A stretch of DNA of 64,000 nucleotides from Syntrophales bacterium (GTDB lineage Bacteria > Desulfobacterota > Syntrophia > Syntrophales > PHBD01), in contig OY764159.1 of the NCBI GenBank assembly GCA_963668175.1, forward strand, positions 736,001-800,000, written 5' to 3'. The notes beneath the pieces are model-generated. The model was given only the letters and a program-made list of their open reading frames with translations. It did no database searches and was not told where the DNA came from. A program made the position numbers and the translations under genes. Below, in pieces: positions 59,867 to 64,000 of the stretch. Position 1 is the stretch's first letter. Every line of letters begins with the position of its first letter.

Positions 59867-60370
59867 TCAGGCCGGGGCGGACTGTTGCCTGAGGGCTGCC
59901 AGTTCTTCCTTGGTACGGACCAGTTCCTGGCTTGTCTCTCGCAGACGATGGGCCAGGACTTCGGCCAGAATGAGGTAAAAGACGGCGCTGAAGGCCACCT
60001 TGTCGTCGGGATTCATGGTGGCGATGAAAGAGATGTCCGTCACCAGGCAGGTCGTTTCCGTGATGGCCCGGATGGAAGCCGAGCGCGCCGTCCCGTCGAT
60101 GATGCACATCTCGCCGAAAATTTCGCCGACGCGCTGCAGTTCCTGGAGCCTTTCGCCCTGCTTCTCCACGGCGACGCTTCCCGAAATGAGGAAATAAACG
60201 CGGTCGTCGAAGCTGCCTTCCTGCATGATGATCCTGCCCGGTTCGTAATTCTCGACGTGGCTGTATTTGAGGATCTTGAAGATGTCCTTCTTCTCGAAGA
60301 ATTTGAAAACGGGCAGCTCCTTGAGCTTCCGCAACAATTCCTGATTCATGATCTCTAAGGCGGATTCCAT
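59867..60370 (-). CDS. stand-alone cyclic-nucleotide-binding domain protein
   Basis: I..EG, YFLISG.V.V and GEIFGEM.II....RSAS; no HTH. Confidence 0.87.
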   Translation of the reverse strand: MESALEIMNQELLRKLKELPVFKFFEKKDIFKILKYSHVENYEPGRIIMQEGSFDDRVYFLISGSVAVEKQGERLQELQRVGEIFGEMCIIDGTARSASIRAITETTCLVTDISFIATMNPDDKVAFSAVFYLILAEVLAHRLRETSQELVRTKEELAALRQQSAPA

Positions 60371-60712
60371 TGCTATCCTCGTGAATGGTTCGGTTAGGCT
60401 GGCGGGGCCAAGACCCGCCGATCATGTTCCCCGTCCGGATCGACAGGACAGTGCCGGCAGCGCCGAAAGCTGCAATAGGCGGCTTGGCCGCCGACTTTTG
60501 TTCCGGTATTTTACCATAACCGATGGATGTCCGCTATCGCAAACAGCGTGGTAGGTGCAATGCCGTGAGTGCATGCCTTCGGAAAATGGATTGTTCGCAG
60601 AGGTCGATTATGATAGAGCTTACGGCAGTTATTCGCGAGGCCGGCCGGGAAATGCCTGTATAGATAGATGCGATAGCACGGCCGTGGATCCTGTCACATC
60701 CTTCTGGACCGT

Positions 60713-62608
60713 ATGGGGAAAAGGAATAAGAAAGATAACAGGCTGGAGCCGACCCGTTCCGAAATCGGCGGCGCGAGGAACAACTGGACGGCTTACGCCC
60801 TGCTCTTTATCGCTCTGGCCGGGGGCCTGGCGTATGCGAATACCCTGGATGCGCCCCTTATCTTTTCCGACCGCATCAACATCGAAAGCAATCTGTCCCT
60901 GCGGAACCTGAAGACCGCCTTCAGCGTTCCGGCCGATTCCGGCCTGGCGGGAAGACCGTTCGTCAATTTCACCTTCGCCGTCAATTACGCCCTGGGCGGC
61001 GGGAAGGTCGCCGGATATCGCCTGGTCAATATTTTGATCCATATCCTGGGCGCTTTCACCCTCTTCGGCATCGTCCGGCGGACGCTCCTGACGGAGCCCC
61101 TGCGCGACGATTACGGCCGCGGGGCCGCATATCTCGCTTTTGCCGCTGCCGTGATCTGGGTACTGCATCCCATCCAGACGCAGGCGGTCACGTATCTCAG
61201 CCAGCGATGCGAATCGCTGATGGGGCTCCTGTTCCTGCTGACCTTCTATTGCGCCGTGCGCGGTTTTCAGGCGGACGCCTCTTCCCGTTGGTATCTGGCT
61301 TCCGTGGTTTTCTTCATCATGGGCATCGGTTCCAAGGAAGTGATCGCCGCCGCGCCGCCGCTGATTCTGCTTTATGAAATCCTCTTCATGAGGCGTGCTT
61401 TCCGGGATGTTGTCCGGCGATCATGGCCCCTGTATGCCGGTTTCTTCGTCGGCCTGATCGTCCTTGTCTTTCTCGTGGCGACTGCGGCCAGCGCCGTGCA
61501 CAACCAGGGTCTCAGGGAAGGTTCAGCAACGCTCTTTCAATACTGGGGGACACAGAGTATCGTCCTTCTGCATTATGTAAGGCTGATCGTCTGGCCCGCC
61601 GGCTTCTGTTTCGATTACGGCTGGCCGCCGGCTTCCGCAGGCGAGGTCATTCTCCCGGCTGCGGTCATATTGCTTGCAATCGCGGCTTCCGTGTGGGCTG
61701 CCTGGAGGCGGCGTCCCATCGGCTATTTGGGCCTGTGGTTTTTTGTCATTGCCGCCCCGTCATCCCTGGCCCCGCTACTCGATGCGGCGAACGAATACCG
61801 CATGTATCTGTCTTCGGCGGCGCCGGTCGTCCTGACCGTGCTCGCCTGTTATCGTTGGGGACGCAAGCTGGATGTCTATCCCGGCGGTCCCTTGGAAAAC
61901 CATGCCGCGCTTCTTTCAAGGATTGGGCTGACGGTTGTCCTTGTTGTCGCCTTCGTTCTCGGTGCATTGACCTACCAGCGGAACAGCGTTTATCGCACCG
62001 AGGAAGGCCTCTGGAAGGACACCGTCGGCAAAGCGCCTGCCAACAGCCGCGCCCATCTCAACCTTGCCATCGTCTACGATCACTCAGGACGGACAACGGC
62101 TGCCATAGACGAATACGAGTCGGCGTTGAAACTGAAACCGGGCGATGTGACGGCCCATGCCGACCTGGGGTATGCGCTGGCGCGCTCCGGACGGGTTCGG
62201 GACGGTATTGCCCACCTGAGAAGGGCTTTGGAACTAAGGCCCGATTATGCGGAGGCCCATGCGAACCTCGGGATTGCCCTCTTTGAACTGGGGCAAAGGC
62301 AGGAAGCTATGGAGCATTTCAAGAAGGCCGTTGCGCTCAAGCCGGATCGGGCTTCGTCCTATCTGAATCTGGGGATGGCCTGCCTGAGGTCGGAACGGCC
62401 CGGGGATGCCATTGTCTATCTGAAACAGGCGGTGGCGTTGCAGCCGGGCAATGCGGAGGCCCATGCCAACCTAGGCCTGGCCCTGGATAAGATCGGCAGG
62501 AGCGAAGAGGCCGGGAAGTCCCTGGAGGAGGCTCTCCGTTTGCAGCCGGGTAGCGCTCTGGCCCGACAGATTGAGGAATATATCCGAAACAGGAACAGCA
62601 GAAAATAG
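60713..62608 (+). CDS. multi-TM GT-C (TMTC-like) protein with C-terminal TPR repeats
   Basis: Y.N.L...IFSD..NI, RP, N..IH, HP.QT..V.Y..QR.E, SKE, DY and E.RMY; 5-6 TPRs (AHxNLG). Confidence 0.8.
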   Translation: MGKRNKKDNRLEPTRSEIGGARNNWTAYALLFIALAGGLAYANTLDAPLIFSDRINIESNLSLRNLKTAFSVPADSGLAGRPFVNFTFAVNYALGGGKVAGYRLVNILIHILGAFTLFGIVRRTLLTEPLRDDYGRGAAYLAFAAAVIWVLHPIQTQAVTYLSQRCESLMGLLFLLTFYCAVRGFQADASSRWYLASVVFFIMGIGSKEVIAAAPPLILLYEILFMRRAFRDVVRRSWPLYAGFFVGLIVLVFLVATAASAVHNQGLREGSATLFQYWGTQSIVLLHYVRLIVWPAGFCFDYGWPPASAGEVILPAAVILLAIAASVWAAWRRRPIGYLGLWFFVIAAPSSLAPLLDAANEYRMYLSSAAPVVLTVLACYRWGRKLDVYPGGPLENHAALLSRIGLTVVLVVAFVLGALTYQRNSVYRTEEGLWKDTVGKAPANSRAHLNLAIVYDHSGRTTAAIDEYESALKLKPGDVTAHADLGYALARSGRVRDGIAHLRRALELRPDYAEAHANLGIALFELGQRQEAMEHFKKAVALKPDRASSYLNLGMACLRSERPGDAIVYLKQAVALQPGNAEAHANLGLALDKIGRSEEAGKSLEEALRLQPGSALARQIEEYIRNRNSRK

Positions 62609-62717
62609 CCGACCGTTGCGTTTGCCGGCCAAACGATGCCGCCGGAAGTAATTGGCGGATGCGGAAAACGACATGCCGCAATGGGCACTTGTCTTCCGGA
62701 CAGTACCGGCGTTGCCT

Positions 62718-63998
62718 TCACTTCGTTCCCTGGAAAGCCCCCGTGACGCGGTAAACACTTCCGTCATCCTTCACGTTCCAGATACCGCCGACTGCTTGTG
62801 CACTCGCTCCGTAGAAGGCGCCCTGATTTATCCCGGTGAGGACACCTGAGCCGCCGTTAATGGACACGTTGGCGGAATTAATGGTGAAGGTGTTACCGGT
62901 AATGGTCCCTTGCCCATTCGCGATGCCGGCGCTTTTCCCGCCTCCGGCGGTGGAAATCTGGAGGTTGTTAATGGATCCCGATCCCCCCGAAAAAGTCACA
63001 TCAGTCTGGAAGGTGCCGGTCATGTTCTGGCTTTGCAGGCCGCTCGATTGCCAGACCATGGTGCCGTAGGCATTTCCGCGGTAAGTGCCGGATATTGTAG
63101 CCGGCATCGTCTGGGTTTTGTCGCCCCAGATATAGTAGCCCGTCGTGTTGAAGCTGTATTGCTGGCCGTTGACCTGGAAGGCGGTCGGCTGCGTCCAGGT
63201 TCCCCATTCCGTGTAGGCATTGTAGCCCAGTTCGGCCATTTGGAGGGCCTGGCCTGTGGGCGAGGCGGAATAGGGCGGGTCGGAGTATGCCGTCATCGTC
63301 TTGCTGGCCCCGTTGATCGTCAAGGTTTTCGAACCGCTGACCGCCGTGGCGGTGGTCGAGAAATCCTGGAGGGCGGAGCTAGTCAGTGTGGTCGAGTAGT
63401 CCCAGAGGGAGCAGGACGAGTTATACCAGGAGAGCTGGCCGGAGAAGAAGCCGAAGTGCGTCGAGGGGCGCTGGCCACCTCCGTTAGTCTGCGCTCCTAC
63501 TCCTTGGACAATTGGTGTTATATCCCGCGGCATTGTTAACTGCACTAATTGAATTTCCGGGTGCGACTGCAACGGCAGCGGTGGCTGTGGAGACGGCGTC
63601 AGCGGCATTGAAGCCTGCACACCCGGCACGCCGGTGTCCTCGAGGAACCGGTTCATGATATTCGCCGGTGCGAGAGTCGGGGTGGTCGGCTGGGCGCCTG
63701 CCGCAACAGTCGTCATCTGCCCCGGAGACAATTGGATGATCTGCGGCGGTGCCCCGGAAGAAGGTGGTGCTGTTGGGCTGGTAAATACCGTGCCGCTAAA
63801 GCTGATGACCGTCGTTTGACCGTTTATACTATAAAAGTTCGCCCCCCCCCCTTGTGTTTCCGACAGTATATACGTCGCCAGGTGGCGGAACCCGCCGTCG
63901 GGGGCATTATCGGCCACCAAAACAGGGAGCGAGGCCGCGGGTTTTCCCGCCGGTTTGCTTGCCGGGTTTCCCTCCAGCTCGGCGACCTCCACGCCCCA
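62718..63998 (-). CDS. large exported protein with Pro/Thr-rich linker and C-terminal TbpB-like beta-barrel (probably FecR-domain N-terminus), 5'-truncated
   Basis: Frame open to the window edge; WG.W, WG..T, TY.G.A.G, V.F, GAFYG..A..VGG.W and terminal GAF.G.K. Confidence 0.65.
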   Translation of the reverse strand, partial: WGVEVAELEGNPASKPAGKPAASLPVLVADNAPDGGFRHLATYILSETQGGGANFYSINGQTTVISFSGTVFTSPTAPPSSGAPPQIIQLSPGQMTTVAAGAQPTTPTLAPANIMNRFLEDTGVPGVQASMPLTPSPQPPLPLQSHPEIQLVQLTMPRDITPIVQGVGAQTNGGGQRPSTHFGFFSGQLSWYNSSCSLWDYSTTLTSSALQDFSTTATAVSGSKTLTINGASKTMTAYSDPPYSASPTGQALQMAELGYNAYTEWGTWTQPTAFQVNGQQYSFNTTGYYIWGDKTQTMPATISGTYRGNAYGTMVWQSSGLQSQNMTGTFQTDVTFSGGSGSINNLQISTAGGGKSAGIANGQGTITGNTFTINSANVSINGGSGVLTGINQGAFYGASAQAVGGIWNVKDDGSVYRVTGAFQGTK

Positions 63999-64000
63999 CT

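Noticed and set aside
59250..64000. Genomic island integrated at tRNA-Ser
   Set aside because: No integrase, no duplicated tRNA 3' end seen in the window, and composition is broadly host-like.
1..64000. CRISPR arrays, IS elements, prophage or defence systems
   Set aside because: No regularly spaced direct repeats, transposase, integrase, phage or Cas-like ORFs were recognised.

Overview
GC-rich (roughly 55-60% by eye) chromosomal window from an anaerobic bacterium. Gene content and protein style suggest a syntrophic Desulfobacterota/deltaproteobacterium such as Syntrophales (inference). It is mostly housekeeping and metabolic DNA. It contains the tail of an aryl-polyene-like KS/acyltransferase cluster, copZ-copA, an RsbV/RsbW/GNAT/SpoIIE partner-switching operon, and acyl-CoA metabolism genes (hbd, thiolase, a two-subunit CoA transferase, two acyl-CoA dehydrogenases, two Ptb-like proteins and Buk). 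It also contains ilvB-ilvN-ilvC-ilvD with an Ile/Val leader-peptide attenuator, proA-nadD-ppnP, redox genes, lexA, fmt/rsmB, ccdA-tlpA, a cobD-cobQ fusion behind a cobalamin riboswitch, malic enzyme, and serS followed by two tRNA-Ser genes. It ends with a TMTC-like TPR protein and a partial FecR/TbpB-like protein. I saw no transposase, integrase, phage gene or CRISPR array. The best leads are: (1) a stand-alone YcaO of the methanogen (McrA-thioamidation) type with no TfuA, coupled to an unknown CCC-motif protein and followed by tiny Cys-rich or GG-ending ORFs; (2) a QueG/reductive-dehalogenase-like Fe-S gene with an in-frame TGA and a SECIS-like hairpin, probably a selenoprotein; (3) an orphan AtpZ-like gene behind a small membrane protein with c-subunit-like features and a sigma54-like promoter; (4) two Ptb paralogues with complementary loss of motifs; (5) unannotated single-TM microproteins on both sides of a site-2 protease. 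Family assignments come from motif recognition only; no database searches were run.
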